Translations under genes and position numbers: made by a program
In this document: positions 28,985 through 40,111 of the stretch, piece after piece
How the letters are laid out: each line of letters opens with the position of its first letter
Position numbering within the stretch: the stretch's first letter is position 1
Notes under the pieces: model-generated
What the model was told of the DNA's origin: nothing
What the model saw: only the letters and a program-made list of their open reading frames with translations
The model's database searches: none
NCBI GenBank assembly: GCA_965228855.1
Contig: CBDDIJ010000002.1
Span: 1,664,001-1,728,000 of the forward strand
Reading direction: 5' to 3'
DNA length: 64,000 bases
Origin: Candidatus Obscuribacterales bacterium
Lineage (GTDB): Bacteria > Cyanobacteriota > Vampirovibrionia > Obscuribacterales > Obscuribacteraceae

Positions 28985-29488
28985 TTAAAGTGGAGTGCCA
29001 TCGTCAAATTGCGATGCTTTGCGTTCGCCATCGCGTTGCCAATCCGGGGTTTCGCTCCAGACCTTGGCGCGGTGGGCTCGCTTGGTGCTGGCGTTCAAAT
29101 CCAGGTCGTCCCCTTTTGTGAATGTTGAAGCACCGGTCACAAGGCTTCTGAAGAGGAACGCGAGAATCGACGCTCCTACGAAACCTCCACCGAGCAAGTA
29201 ATAAAGCCCATTCTTCATCTTCCCGACTGCGTACAGATAGTTCAGCTGCGGGACCTTCTTGGCTGCAACCGCGAAGATGTGAGGATTGCTCATCTGAATA
29301 CACGCACTGGCTAAAACAAGAAGCAGTCCCACGGCGCATGAAAATGCTACTGGGTTTCGCTCGAATTCGTAGGTTTTGTAGCCGCTGCCCTGGGTTCGCC
29401 TGTCCGCGAAATTTCCCGCGAATATTAGCCATAGCGCGTTGATGAAAAAGATAATTCCGAGTCCGGTAAGTAACCAGTATTGGTTCAT
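28985..29488 (-). CDS. Hypothetical membrane protein (about 3 TM)
   Basis: Three hydrophobic stretches; GAGG RBS upstream of the ATG. Confidence 0.7.
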   Translation of the reverse strand: MNQYWLLTGLGIIFFINALWLIFAGNFADRRTQGSGYKTYEFERNPVAFSCAVGLLLVLASACIQMSNPHIFAVAAKKVPQLNYLYAVGKMKNGLYYLLGGGFVGASILAFLFRSLVTGASTFTKGDDLDLNASTKRAHRAKVWSETPDWQRDGERKASQFDDGTPL

Positions 29489-29609
29489 TTCAAGCCTCAG
29501 CGAAAGGACAGATTCCTAAGACTATGTTAGTAGGTTTGGCGTCGTGCAACAAGCGGCGGTATGATGGCAAAAGCCCAAGCGTGACAGCGGAAGAGGTCGC
29601 GTTAACTCC

Positions 29610-30422
29610 GTGGAGTCGTCGATGACCGAAGCTAAACCGATTGTTCAAAATGGAATCGATCAGCTCCGCTCTGTTGTAGCGCAGGATAAGCTCAATTTTG
29701 ACGAGTTAAGTGTTAGACTCGCGCCGCTTCTCGAACTCCAGAGCGCTTCGCAACGGCTGCACTCTGCCTTCGCACTTCAGGTCGGCCAGTTGCACGAGCA
29801 CCTCACAGAAGATCAATTGGACGCGTCTATAGATGGTTTACAGTCAATGTACTATGAGCTGCTGATGACCACTTCGGTATTGCTGCGTTTGCGGAGCAGC
29901 GATGCGATGAATCATCAAAGAAAACTGATTGAACTAGCAGCTTTCATTCACGAACATTTAGCGGACGAGGTCAGTGCGAAGCGCTGGAAGGACGCTATTC
30001 ATCCCGGAAAGCTGGAAACTATAAAGCGGCAGAGATACAAGAAGCGATATCAGGCGCATCAGTTAGTAGACAAGCATTTTAAGAGAAGCGAGACTGAGCA
30101 GGGGCACCTGATCGGTTTAAATTATGATGCAGCCTGCTTCTTCGTACATCCGTCCGTGATTTCTAGTCGCGATCGTATCGTCAAGAATGAGAAGAAATAT
30201 TCGCTGCACTCTCACGATCAAAAAACAGACGAGACTGTCGCCTCCGTCGTCAGTCTCGTTATCGGTGTTCATGGATTGTTTGTTGCTTTGCTTGATTCGC
30301 TTGCCGCTGCGCTAAGCGTTTACGATGGTTTCGCCCTGGACGTCTGGCAGTCAGCGATGGACGAGTGGACAGAAGTCTGGGAGCCGCTTAGCGAAGACAA
30401 TGAGAACGCGTATGCTCGTTGA
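29610..30422 (+). CDS. Hypothetical all-helical protein, weakly DUF5677-like
   Basis: 270-aa ORF; the YDAACFFVHPS motif recalls the Y..xS..VH motif of DUF5677-type proteins (weak). Confidence 0.55.
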   Translation: MESSMTEAKPIVQNGIDQLRSVVAQDKLNFDELSVRLAPLLELQSASQRLHSAFALQVGQLHEHLTEDQLDASIDGLQSMYYELLMTTSVLLRLRSSDAMNHQRKLIELAAFIHEHLADEVSAKRWKDAIHPGKLETIKRQRYKKRYQAHQLVDKHFKRSETEQGHLIGLNYDAACFFVHPSVISSRDRIVKNEKKYSLHSHDQKTDETVASVVSLVIGVHGLFVALLDSLAAALSVYDGFALDVWQSAMDEWTEVWEPLSEDNENAYAR

Positions 30423-30447
30423 AAATTTCTTGCCGCCGAATGGGCTC

Positions 30448-32613
30448 TCAGGCTTTTGCGGATAGTGGTAACTCAATCGTCACAGATTCCATATTCTCGT
30501 CAGCTTCGATGCGTACTTTTCCATTATGCGCGTTGATTATTGCTCTTGATAGGGCCAACGCCAGACCGCTGGACTCCACGGCTTCATCGCTTATGACCGG
30601 TACGAGGGCGTAGCGGGACAGTGAGGCATCGCGTACTTCTTCCGGTAGATGGAAACCTTCAGCGGTGATCGTGATTGAAGCAGCTGGCGCTTCTTCTGCA
30701 AGCCATATTCTGATCTTCGCGTCGGGTGAGGCGAAGCGCTGTACTAGTGAAACAAAATGCGCCAGAGCAAACGTCATCCGTTCTTGATCGACTCTTACGC
30801 TCACGTTGGGATCAAAGGTGGCTGGCGTAATAGTGATCGAAGCTCTGTTCAAGTGCTCGACCGCGATCGTCGCTTCGACCAGACGTAACAGGGAAATTTG
30901 GTTTAGCTCTAAAACGCCTAGCCCGGCCTCGAATTTTTCCAGATCAAGGAAGTCGTTGATTAGATTGACCAGGTTGGCTACGATAGTGTTGGCATTTCTC
31001 AGTGCTGAGCCTTCTTCGGCACTGCTGAAGTTCGCTCCCTCGACCATTATCTCGAGTGTGCCGAAAAGCGCTGTAAGGGGGGAGCGCAAATCGTGACTGA
31101 TCATGGCAACAAAGTCACGCTTTACGTTTTCAATCTGGAGCCTCGCAGAAATGTCTCGAAAGGTAGCCAGATAGGTTCTCTTGGAATATGCGTTTGCGTA
31201 GGAACGCATGCTGAATTCAGCGGGAATGATTTCATTGGCGAAACTTTTCACATTTAGCTCGATTGGATTTGCTTCGGCAATCCGTGCGATCTCTTTTAGC
31301 TGCGCACCGGTGGTGGTGGCGCCGGTGATCAGGACTCCCAGATCTCGAGCGAGTAACTTGGTTGGATCGCAGCGGAATAAATCCGTTGTCGCCTTGTTGA
31401 GAGAGCTAATTACGAAGGATTCGTCAGTTGTTACGACGGCAATCGGCATGCGATCAACAATGTTTTTGAACTCTTCTTGTCGTTGTCGAATTTTGCGAAT
31501 CTGCGAACTCAATTCGGTGACGTCGTGACCAACGAGAACAGCTGTGTCACCCTCATCTGAACGCCGCCCCTTCCAGGATATATCAATCGTCTGACCCGAT
31601 GGCTTTCTCAAGGTTGTGTCAAATTCTATATCGATGCCATCAGAAAACAACTGGTTCAATTCTGCCTCGATATCACTCGAGCTATCGAAGAAGGGCAGGG
31701 ATGCGAACTGTTTTTCTATCAGGTCTGTTGTTCTAAAACCCAGCTGGTCTGCGCTGCCCCGTCCGATAGAATAAATTTTGCCGGATTCGTCGATCGAACA
31801 AACCACACTTGTGGCATGGTCGAACATGACCTTTTCGTTGCTCTGAAACCGTTGTATGTTGGCTGCAATTTCGTGAAGTTCAATCGCGAGCATGTCGATT
31901 TCATCGGTACCTCTCGGTAATTCCAACAAGGGAGCGCCACTGCCAATGGTATTGATGTCTTCGAAGATTTTGTCGAATCGCCGGGTTATATCAGAGAAGA
32001 ATTTGTTATACAGCGCCAGGGCAATGGCAATATTCGTGCCCAGGCCAACTACAAATAATGCTCCTAAAGCCACCAGAGACAACTCGCTTAATGACTCTCC
32101 TGCATCTTGCTCCAGTTGCTCGTACATCACAACTATTTTGTCCGCATGCTCGAAGAGTCCATCCCACTCTCGCTCTATTTGCATCAGGTCGGAAGCACGA
32201 TCTCTTAAACTGATAAGCCCTTTGGATATCGCGGGGATGTTACCGTACACATAACCGTGCAATTGTCGAACCTGTTCGCGCGCAGGACCATCCCCTACAA
32301 GTTTTTCCAGGGTCTTCATGCTTTTCGGAAGCTCGGTCCAGTCCTTCTCTGATTGCAGCTTATCCCACTGGTGTCGTCCGTGGTGTATTGCATTTATGAA
32401 GTGTCTGTAGACAAGGTGCATAGAGAGCAGAGACTGCATCTCTGTCGCACAGACAGCGCGAATCACTTTGGTGGCTTCGCGCTGTCTGTCTACACGCCAG
32501 GCTATTTGCTCGATGTAAATCCACAATATGCCGATGAAAATTGCTTGCACGATGAAGATCGAGCCGAATACGAGAAGCGCATTTTTAGTCAGCTGGGATT
32601 TGATTGAGATCAT
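30448..32613 (-). CDS. Membrane sensor histidine-kinase-like protein (TM-HAMP-PAS-PAS-HisKA) with intact H-box and degenerate ATPase domain
   Basis: [13 protein letters not shown] is intact. The N-box reads [13 protein letters not shown]1 reads TAEGFHL and G2 reads SSGLALALS. Confidence 0.88.
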   Translation of the reverse strand: MISIKSQLTKNALLVFGSIFIVQAIFIGILWIYIEQIAWRVDRQREATKVIRAVCATEMQSLLSMHLVYRHFINAIHHGRHQWDKLQSEKDWTELPKSMKTLEKLVGDGPAREQVRQLHGYVYGNIPAISKGLISLRDRASDLMQIEREWDGLFEHADKIVVMYEQLEQDAGESLSELSLVALGALFVVGLGTNIAIALALYNKFFSDITRRFDKIFEDINTIGSGAPLLELPRGTDEIDMLAIELHEIAANIQRFQSNEKVMFDHATSVVCSIDESGKIYSIGRGSADQLGFRTTDLIEKQFASLPFFDSSSDIEAELNQLFSDGIDIEFDTTLRKPSGQTIDISWKGRRSDEGDTAVLVGHDVTELSSQIRKIRQRQEEFKNIVDRMPIAVVTTDESFVISSLNKATTDLFRCDPTKLLARDLGVLITGATTTGAQLKEIARIAEANPIELNVKSFANEIIPAEFSMRSYANAYSKRTYLATFRDISARLQIENVKRDFVAMISHDLRSPLTALFGTLEIMVEGANFSSAEEGSALRNANTIVANLVNLINDFLDLEKFEAGLGVLELNQISLLRLVEATIAVEHLNRASITITPATFDPNVSVRVDQERMTFALAHFVSLVQRFASPDAKIRIWLAEEAPAASITITAEGFHLPEEVRDASLSRYALVPVISDEAVESSGLALALSRAIINAHNGKVRIEADENMESVTIELPLSAKA

Positions 32614-34793
32614 ACGTTTCCGCTCTTCGCGTTTTCTTTAAACTTGGGCAAACGGAGCCAGAAGCAGCTTCCTTTTCCTTCTTCGCTGATTACGCCTATA
32701 CAGCCACCGTGCTTTTCGACTATCTGTTTGCAAATCGCCAGACCCAAACCGGTTCCCGTGCCTCGCTTCGCATCGGATTTTTGAACTTGAACGTAAGACT
32801 CGAAAATCTTTTCGTGCATATCTGCTGGTAAACCGCGTCCCTGATCCACGACTCTTATTTCGATTTGGTCGCCGAGGTCGGCTTGCTCCACGGCTATGGT
32901 CGTGTTTGCCGGGGAATATTTGATTGCATTGGTTAGCAGATTGACAATAACTTGAATCAATCGTTGTTCGTCTGCTAGCACTGTGACGTCGGAGGCTTGT
33001 GACGTCACAGTCAACTTTTGCAGCTCGGCATGATCACGCACGGCGTTGACGGCGCCGGTAACGATATCGTTCACCGCGCATGGTGTCAGCTCATCGACAA
33101 GCTTTCCTGACGCGAGCTTCTCTATGTCGAGAAGTTCATCGATTAACTTGAGCAAGCGATCGATGTTGGCTAATGTTCTCATAATTCGCTGTTGCTGTTT
33201 TTGCTGCGCAGGTGAAGCTTCACTCTCTGGTTTTGGAGCTTTTCCGTAGCTCGATATAATTCCGCGTACTCTAGCCAGTGGATCGCGCAGGCGCTGTCCA
33301 AGCAGGTTTACGTAGTCGCTTTTCATTCTCTGAAGTCTTACGCGTTCTGTCGCGTCCTCGAAAAGAACAACAACGCGTTCGTCCTTATCTCTTTTCTCCT
33401 GACCTACCGTTACATCTAAGAAACGTCTCTCGCCTGTCTCTAAAGTAGTACAGCGTATCGACGATGTATCTTTGCCAGCCCTCAATAATGCCGAAAGAGG
33501 CTCACCGTCGGACATGGGCGTCATGAGATTGTCGAGGCTCTGTCCGCGAAGTTCGCTACCTCCGAAAAATTGTAGAGCTGTTTTATTTGCGGTTTGAATT
33601 CGGGTATCATCTCCGAAAGTAATTATCCCGACCGGCATGTTATCTATCGATTCGCGAATTTGTTTTTCCTGTTCAATCAATAGGTTTTCAAACCGTTTGT
33701 TTTCGCTTGCATCACGAACGAAGCAGAAGAACGATCCGTTAGACGCAGACCACTGCGCCGACCAGAGCGTTTGAATCAAGTTCCCATTCTTCATTGTCAC
33801 AGTATCTTCCGCTTCGTAACGTGCGTCTTGTGACGCGTCTGACATCTTGTCGATGAAAACCGACGGAATCAGCTCTGTTTTCAGAATCGTTGAAACGGTC
33901 GCACCGATGAGCTCATCAGGTGTGAAGCCCCACTGCTCGATGCACGCTGGACTGACGTCGATGAATACCCCCCTGCTATCCAGTGAGCAAATTACATCGA
34001 TTGAATGTTGAAAGAACGAACGCTCCTGCTCCGCCGCGATCGCAAGTTCTGAACTCAGTCTTCGGAAAAGGGCATCAACAGCATCGATCTCATCGTTGCC
34101 ACTCTCGATTTCAATCAACGGTTCGCCTTCGCCGAAGCGCGCTACGTTTTCCGTAACTTGATCGATTCGTCTTGCTATCTGTTTCCAGAAATACAGACCC
34201 GCAACAATCACAGTAACGAGGTTTCCGAAGAATCCCAGTGCCAACAGTTGTCTGATGTGGTCTAGATTTGCTCTAGTTTTTTCAGCGGACTCATCGTTGA
34301 GTCCGTAGTGCGACATAAACTTACGGGTGCGCTCCGATATGCCCATGCGCAAATCTTGAGAGCGTTCTGCTTGTTCTCTTGAAACATTGAGCCCAAGCGC
34401 ATATTGTTTTTCGGCATCAGCAATGTATTCACGTTTGGCTTCTTGGATCGAATTCCAATCTCGTAATTCTCTGGGTGAGTCCTTTACGAGCTCGTAAAGC
34501 GCATCTAGTTGCTTGTCGAGCTGCTCTATGTAACGCGGATAGGTCGACGATTTCACGTTGTCGCTTTGTAGCGTCAAAAACTGTTCGCGTACCAGACCAA
34601 AATTCATCCGCACATTCTGTCGAATCAGGCGAGCAATATGGGCTACTATCGTGCGTTCTTTATTTTGCTGTTTTAAACTTGCCTGAAGCGAAAATATTTG
34701 ACTCGACAAAATGCCCACAAACAGAACTTCCGTCGCCACCAGAAAGCTGACTACTAGAAGTCCTCGTTGAGAGATTGTGAGTGAGCGCTGCAT
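32610..34793 (-). CDS. Membrane sensor histidine-kinase-like protein (TM-HAMP-PAS-PAS-HATPase) with intact ATPase domain and no phospho-acceptor His
   Basis: The H-box position reads [32 protein letters not shown] and GTGLGLAIC are intact. Its TGA overlaps the next ATG (ATGA). Confidence 0.88.
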   Translation of the reverse strand: MQRSLTISQRGLLVVSFLVATEVLFVGILSSQIFSLQASLKQQNKERTIVAHIARLIRQNVRMNFGLVREQFLTLQSDNVKSSTYPRYIEQLDKQLDALYELVKDSPRELRDWNSIQEAKREYIADAEKQYALGLNVSREQAERSQDLRMGISERTRKFMSHYGLNDESAEKTRANLDHIRQLLALGFFGNLVTVIVAGLYFWKQIARRIDQVTENVARFGEGEPLIEIESGNDEIDAVDALFRRLSSELAIAAEQERSFFQHSIDVICSLDSRGVFIDVSPACIEQWGFTPDELIGATVSTILKTELIPSVFIDKMSDASQDARYEAEDTVTMKNGNLIQTLWSAQWSASNGSFFCFVRDASENKRFENLLIEQEKQIRESIDNMPVGIITFGDDTRIQTANKTALQFFGGSELRGQSLDNLMTPMSDGEPLSALLRAGKDTSSIRCTTLETGERRFLDVTVGQEKRDKDERVVVLFEDATERVRLQRMKSDYVNLLGQRLRDPLARVRGIISSYGKAPKPESEASPAQQKQQQRIMRTLANIDRLLKLIDELLDIEKLASGKLVDELTPCAVNDIVTGAVNAVRDHAELQKLTVTSQASDVTVLADEQRLIQVIVNLLTNAIKYSPANTTIAVEQADLGDQIEIRVVDQGRGLPADMHEKIFESYVQVQKSDAKRGTGTGLGLAICKQIVEKHGGCIGVISEEGKGSCFWLRLPKFKENAKSGNV

Positions 34794-35144
34794 ACCTTAC
34801 TGACATTAGGTTTCACCAGGACATTGTGCCCAATAAAGGCAACCGCGATTGTTTTCGTCCGATATTGGAGCTTTTGCGGTTGTGACAAGGGCTCTCATCT
34901 CAAAGGTGCGGCAAGGGGTTTCATCACGGAGAGGCGTCGAACGTTCCAACGCGAAGTGTGGACTGGCGTATGGGGTTTTCCGCTAAGTCGCTAAATTTTG
35001 GATGTAAAACGGCATGATCGCTGGAATTAACGAGCCTCGGCGTGGTATCTTCTGACCTTGTCTCTGAGTGCGCTCTACCTGGCACGCGCATTTTGTCGGA
35101 GCAGGCACCCTTGGGCAGTTTAGCGAGTTGGTAAGGGGGATGAT

Positions 35145-38100
35145 ATGAGAAGGATCGAGCTTGCGTTGACAAGTCACCTTGCGAATCTGAAGGTGTTCGC
35201 GATTGCCGGGACTTTGCTCCTTGCTGCGACGCAACCGGCGTCGGCGCGCAATGATTTCTCTTTTCGCGATTTCCGGGAGCAGAATCCCGAGTTGGGACGG
35301 CATGAGGCGCGCCAGGCGTTTAAGTCCGAAGTTCGCGACTTGCGTCAGAACAGTCGTGTGTTCCAAGCCCCTGTAATCAACAATGTCCCATCCACCGACA
35401 CTGTTCAAGTTCAAATCGAAACTCGCGGCAACCATGCTGGCCGCGTGAACAACACGCTGCGCAATCGCTCCGCTCAGATAGGCGATTCCGGTCAATTGAT
35501 CCGCCTGAAAAGCGGCCTCGATCTCGATTTGACCTCGACTCAGCGCAATATCTCCTTAGGCAAAGGTCTGTTCGCTGATGTCGACGCTGTTCAGATAACC
35601 TTTGGCGGCGAAACCAAAACCGTCCACGCCGGCAGTCTGGTCTCCGCTGCGGAATATGTTGCTGTAAAACAGGTGCTGGATGGCGGTTCCCAGAAGGTTG
35701 TTATCGACCGCAGCGGTCGGGCTAGTGGCGGCGAGGTAAACCTTGAAGCTGTCGCATCGGATAGAACAGCTCTTCGTGCATCGTCGCTCGTGATCGCCGA
35801 AGGTGTCACCACATCCGGTGACTTCGGTCGCAACTCAGAATTTAAACTGCTTGGCGATCTGAGCAACTATGGAACATTGTATGCCTTCTCCAGTGACAGC
35901 GGTACAAAGTCTGGAGCGATTCGTGCTCACGACATCAATAATTACAAGGGTGCCACTATCGATTCCAATGTTGATTTGACGCTCGATGCTTCCGGCAATC
36001 TCAATAACTTTGGAACGATTTCGTCCACTGGCAGTCTCACGCTGACCGCTGCAGGTGCGGTCAATAATAGTCGAGGTGGTTCGGTCAAAGCGTCCGGCGA
36101 CATCAATTTGCAGGCTGATGCGGTCAACAATCAAGGCACGATAGAGTCCACCGGTAGCAATATCAATCTGCAAGGTTCGACCCTGGCGTTGATGAACGTC
36201 GATAACAACAAAGGAACCCTGAAAGCGCTAAATGGCGCCATTAACGTTCGCGATGCTTCATATTCGGGAGCCTTCGATTCATACGTAGATGGCGGCGACT
36301 TGCTCAGCAAGGAAGTGAATGTTCACACCGGATACGGTGTCGCTAATGTGTACGTCAACGAATTGACCGGCGTGCTGAATCAATACGGTTCTGCCGCGCA
36401 TATCAAGGCAGATACTGACACTCTCACCTTGGGTACAACCTGTCTGACCGGCGATCCCACGATCTACAACACATCTGGCGATATCAACATTACCGCGGAT
36501 ATCAGCGTGGCAGAGAACCTCGTTTTCGTTGCCTCCGGCGACATCATCGTAGCTGATAACGTCAATATTTTCGCAGGCGATGCTTCTCGCGGTTACGAGA
36601 TGAATTTTATCGCTGGTGCGAGCTTTGTCCCCACGGGCGGTGGTACTGACTCTCCGACGGTCCCTCCTCTAACTGGTGCTGGTGGAGTTGACTTGAACGG
36701 TAAAGCCTCGAAGACTGGAGGCGGCATCATCATGGGCACTAATGTCACAGTGACATCGAGAGCTTCAAACACATCTGGTGACTCCAACGGTGACGGCATC
36801 TTAATGGTGGCATTCAAGGGCAAAACTACGAATGCCGGTAAAGTCGACATCTCAGGCGCGACTATCAAGACGGGTGGAAGTGGGACAGGAACGAACGGTT
36901 CTTTTTTCGTGCTCGCTGCCGGCACCAAAGGCGATGTCATTAAAACGGGCGTAATCGACACCACTGGTGGTTCAGACGATAGTAATTTCGAGGGACTAAT
37001 CGGTTTATATACAGTAGACATTATTACCGAGAAGCGGACCTTCGATCCGAACATTCCGGACACTGGGCACGTTATCTACGATGCGAACGGCGTAAACATC
37101 TCGGACTATCGATTGACCGGAAATAACTTCAGTAAAGGCGGTAACCTGATTATCAACGATGTTATTCCTGGTGACGATATTAAAGGTCGGTCAATGGACC
37201 TTTACGGTGGAGGCGGAGTCAGTATTCTTGGACAGGTAAATTCTTTCTCGCTTGATCCAGGTTCCTTCGGTACCAGCATCGATATGGTGACTAACGACGC
37301 AATAACATCCGGACCAAACGGTTCGCTTAAATCGGAATCCGTAATTTTCCTGATCGCTACCAATGTAATAGGTTCATCTACAGCTCGCATCGTCACTGAC
37401 GCACCTGACGTTGAATTCTTCAACCAGAAAGGCAAGGATGTCTGGGTCACGATTCAGGGCACCGGAGAAGTGGCTATAACCGGACTGGCAAGCAGCAAAG
37501 GGATTATAGATGTCGATGCGTCGGGCAGGCAGGTCAGTTCGCCATTTAACTTGCTCTCCGCAGGTACCGTGAACATAGTTGCTGATAGTCTGGGTGGGAC
37601 CAATCCTTTTCCCGGTCCTCCGCGGAAGCTCAACAACGTTGATGCAGGCGTTCTTAACTTGCATGTTTTGAACGGAGATATAGACAACACGAATTTTGGT
37701 CCGGTCAGCGCACAGTTTGTGACTCTTACCGCCGACAACGGCTCCATTGGCACGAGCAGCAGCTTGCTCGCGGCTCCCACGGGTGTCAAACAGATGGTGC
37801 TCACTGCAGGTAATGGCGGTGTGTTTGTGAACAGCGCGAGTTCGAACTCAATCTCTGTAAGCTCTTCAGCAACCGGCGCGACGACAATTTTCGCGAACGG
37901 CAGTCTGGAGCTTTTAAATGTCTCTTCTCAAGCTGGGGATACGACGATTCAGACCTCCAATGGTACATTGACGGTTGCCGGCAATGTGACAGCGAAGGAT
38001 TCTTTGAGCATCGTCAACACTAACACTAAAGGCAAGTTTGCAATCGACAAGAACATCGTCATCGCCACAGATGGAACCGCCGGCGGTGACGGAAACATTC

Positions 38101-38336
38101 TTCTTTCCGTCGGACCGACTAATATTACTCCGGTGAGTTCGTTGCCGGCCAACGTGACGACTGACATTACCGGAACCGGAACTGTCACGATCACCGGCGG
38201 CGGTATCAAAGCAAAGTCGCCAGACAATGTGTTAATCATTCCGGCTGAAGCAGGAATCACTGTTAATAACGGTTTGAAGAGCTCAAACTTCACCATGGGC
38301 GGTGGTGTTCAGATAACCGCGACTAACAATAACTAG
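35145..38336 (+). CDS. Large secreted filamentous-haemagglutinin-like beta-helical protein or adhesin
   Basis: Signal peptide ending ASA-R; G/N/T/S-rich repeats such as GNLNNFGTISSTGSLTLTAAGAVNN and VNNQGTIES. Confidence 0.75.
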   Translation: MRRIELALTSHLANLKVFAIAGTLLLAATQPASARNDFSFRDFREQNPELGRHEARQAFKSEVRDLRQNSRVFQAPVINNVPSTDTVQVQIETRGNHAGRVNNTLRNRSAQIGDSGQLIRLKSGLDLDLTSTQRNISLGKGLFADVDAVQITFGGETKTVHAGSLVSAAEYVAVKQVLDGGSQKVVIDRSGRASGGEVNLEAVASDRTALRASSLVIAEGVTTSGDFGRNSEFKLLGDLSNYGTLYAFSSDSGTKSGAIRAHDINNYKGATIDSNVDLTLDASGNLNNFGTISSTGSLTLTAAGAVNNSRGGSVKASGDINLQADAVNNQGTIESTGSNINLQGSTLALMNVDNNKGTLKALNGAINVRDASYSGAFDSYVDGGDLLSKEVNVHTGYGVANVYVNELTGVLNQYGSAAHIKADTDTLTLGTTCLTGDPTIYNTSGDINITADISVAENLVFVASGDIIVADNVNIFAGDASRGYEMNFIAGASFVPTGGGTDSPTVPPLTGAGGVDLNGKASKTGGGIIMGTNVTVTSRASNTSGDSNGDGILMVAFKGKTTNAGKVDISGATIKTGGSGTGTNGSFFVLAAGTKGDVIKTGVIDTTGGSDDSNFEGLIGLYTVDIITEKRTFDPNIPDTGHVIYDANGVNISDYRLTGNNFSKGGNLIINDVIPGDDIKGRSMDLYGGGGVSILGQVNSFSLDPGSFGTSIDMVTNDAITSGPNGSLKSESVIFLIATNVIGSSTARIVTDAPDVEFFNQKGKDVWVTIQGTGEVAITGLASSKGIIDVDASGRQVSSPFNLLSAGTVNIVADSLGGTNPFPGPPRKLNNVDAGVLNLHVLNGDIDNTNFGPVSAQFVTLTADNGSIGTSSSLLAAPTGVKQMVLTAGNGGVFVNSASSNSISVSSSATGATTIFANGSLELLNVSSQAGDTTIQTSNGTLTVAGNVTAKDSLSIVNTNTKGKFAIDKNIVIATDGTAGGDGNILLSVGPTNITPVSSLPANVTTDITGTGTVTITGGGIKAKSPDNVLIIPAEAGITVNNGLKSSNFTMGGGVQITATNNN

Positions 38337-38355
38337 ACGGTCGCTCGTATATAAA

Positions 38356-38394
38356 CAGAAGAGACCGGCGTTATCTCGATGCCGGTCTCTTCTG
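38356..38394. terminator. Bidirectional hairpin terminator between convergent genes
   Basis: Inverted repeat cagaagagaccggcgt-tatctcg-atgccggtctcttctg. Confidence 0.8.
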
Positions 38395-38420
38395 GTAAGT
38401 AGTCGCTTGCGTTTAATGAA

Positions 38421-38654
38421 CTATGAGCCGGTTGGACTGAACGTTCCTTCGTTGCCTAGTTCCTTGGACGCGTCGCACGCGAAGTGTCCGCATCCACAGA
38501 GTTGCATATCGTCGGATGTCTCGACCTTCTCACAAAACTCATTGCAGAATTCGCCTTCCGTCGTCTGGCAATTGCAGCCCACGTGAGAGCACGTTGCGAC
38601 TGCAGTTGCGCTTGAGCTATTGCTCTTTGCTTCACCTTTATCGTTAGTAGCCAT
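38421..38654 (-). CDS. Bacterial metallothionein-like peptide
   Basis: CSHVGCNC...FCNEFC...CGCGHFAC (8 Cys, 2 His in 77 aa); AGGAGA RBS. Confidence 0.8.
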   Translation of the reverse strand: MATNDKGEAKSNSSSATAVATCSHVGCNCQTTEGEFCNEFCEKVETSDDMQLCGCGHFACDASKELGNEGTFSPTGS

Positions 38655-38665
38655 TCTCGAATCTC

Positions 38666-38947
38666 CTATTTTGTTTTCTTTTTACCGCCATGTCCAAATC
38701 CACCACCCCAGCTCTTGCCTCGGTAGCTGCTATTGATGCTGACTCCTGTGCTACCGCCGATAGTGCCGGCGTTGAATGACGAGCGTCCAAAAGAAGCGCC
38801 GCCGAATCCGCCAGTGTTACCCGTGTGACCGCCTATGGCAATGCCACCTCCGCCAGCTGAGACAGCTGCCGGACCTGCGATAGCTTGGGTGTTTTAAGCC
38901 GCTAGAAACATTATTACAGCTGCAGAAACCGTTACTCTAGCTTTCAT
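38666..38947 (-). pseudogene. Gly-rich secreted peptide gene interrupted by an in-frame TAA at codon 18
   Basis: MKARVTVSAAVIMFLAA*NTQAIA-GPAAVSAGGGGIAIGGHTGNTGGFGGASFGRSSFNAGTIGGSTGVSINSSYRGKSWGGGFGHGGKKKTK*; AGAGG RBS; TAA at 38896-38894; not in the ORF track. Confidence 0.75.
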
Positions 38948-39091
38948 AATTTGCCTCTAAATTTCCGATATTTACGAGGCGTAATTGAGTATCAGTTGTT
39001 CCCCGTCTGTGAATCTAGGTGAACTAAGCTTTTATATTCGACTTGCAGTAAGATTAAGCTGAAAGCGAAACGAATCGAAAGGAGAGTCGCC

Positions 39092-40063
39092 TTGAAGAAT
39101 CGAAACAGCGGAAGGCGCGGGGCGAAGGCGCTTGCAGCACTACTTTTCGCCGGTGGACTCATTGTGTCCTCTCAGCCAGCTTTCTCTGAGAGCAAGGTCG
39201 CCGTCGACGACTCAACGATTCGGAAGATCGCTGAAACGCAGATAACGCCGGAAGGACGCGCATACCATTTGCTTAGATACTGTCGCTCCGTTCTTCAAAG
39301 CGGGAATGCTCAGGTTTTAGAAGAAAACTTCCACTATCTCAATGAGCCGAGATATTTTTTTCGAGAGTCAAACATTTTGGCAAACTGGGCTGATGAGCTC
39401 GCCACTAAAAAACTGGACAGTGGAAAACAGTCGAAAGCGTCGAAGAACGCAGTTGTCGCTGAGCACGCTCTGAAAGAGGCCGTCTCGCAGCTAAATAAAT
39501 CGACCAAGAGTTCTATAAAGCTGCATTTATTTTTCATTGCGTCACTTCTGGCTAAACAATCCGGTCATAACGATGTCGCGAAAGAGTGCGATAGCTATGT
39601 TTCGAAAAACATCGATGCCTGTGAAGCGAGTTCGAATGTTGATCTTGAATTGGTTACGGCTGCCGTTTCAGCTTTAAACTCGATGGCGTATGCTATCGTA
39701 CCGATCCGAATTGCAGAACACGAGCAGCCGCCTGGGAAGAACCCGCAGGTCGTTGCCGGAGACCAATCACCGAACGCCGAGGAATTTAAACAGGCGGAGA
39801 AACTAAAACTACGAGCCGCTTCGATCGCTGACCGGCTACCCGCGGACGAGCACGTGCGCCGAAAGGTTCACCGCGATCTATCGCTCTGGTATAAGCAACT
39901 CGGCAAGCCTGAGTTGGCTGATAAGCAAAAGAAAATCGTTTTTCAACTCGTTGGCGTAAACGATGACCGAATACTTTTTCCATCGTCAGGAGTTTGTGGA
40001 CATTTGCTGTGGTGGAAATTGACTTCCGCTAACGCTGCTCGGGTCAAATGCGGCATGGGTTAA
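39092..40063 (+). CDS. Exported helical protein with a C-terminal CGMG motif; candidate MNIO substrate
   Basis: AAGGAG RBS with TTG start; signal peptide with RR ending AFS-E; ends VCGHLLWWKLTSANAARVKCGMG*; 48 nt upstream of DUF692. Confidence 0.8.
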   Translation: MKNRNSGRRGAKALAALLFAGGLIVSSQPAFSESKVAVDDSTIRKIAETQITPEGRAYHLLRYCRSVLQSGNAQVLEENFHYLNEPRYFFRESNILANWADELATKKLDSGKQSKASKNAVVAEHALKEAVSQLNKSTKSSIKLHLFFIASLLAKQSGHNDVAKECDSYVSKNIDACEASSNVDLELVTAAVSALNSMAYAIVPIRIAEHEQPPGKNPQVVAGDQSPNAEEFKQAEKLKLRAASIADRLPADEHVRRKVHRDLSLWYKQLGKPELADKQKKIVFQLVGVNDDRILFPSSGVCGHLLWWKLTSANAARVKCGMG

Positions 40064-40111
40064 TGATGTATTTGCGAAGGACGGCGACGGCGTTTAGGAA
40101 GCGATCAGAAG

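Noticed and set aside
35080..35095. Sigma54 -24/-12 promoter (TGGCACG...) upstream of the adhesin
   Set aside because: There is no GC at the -12 position (it reads TT), so the consensus is not met.
34794..35144. Riboswitch in the long intergenic leader
   Set aside because: I recognised no riboswitch consensus by eye. An Rfam/Infernal search would be needed.
38894..38896. Programmed recoding (Sec/Pyl or alternative genetic code) of the in-frame stop
   Set aside because: The codon is TAA, not TGA or TAG, and TAA terminates many genes normally in this window.
39092..39190. Definite Tat signal on the CGMG protein
   Set aside because: SGRRGAK has the RR but lacks the xFLK consensus, so the export route cannot be assigned.
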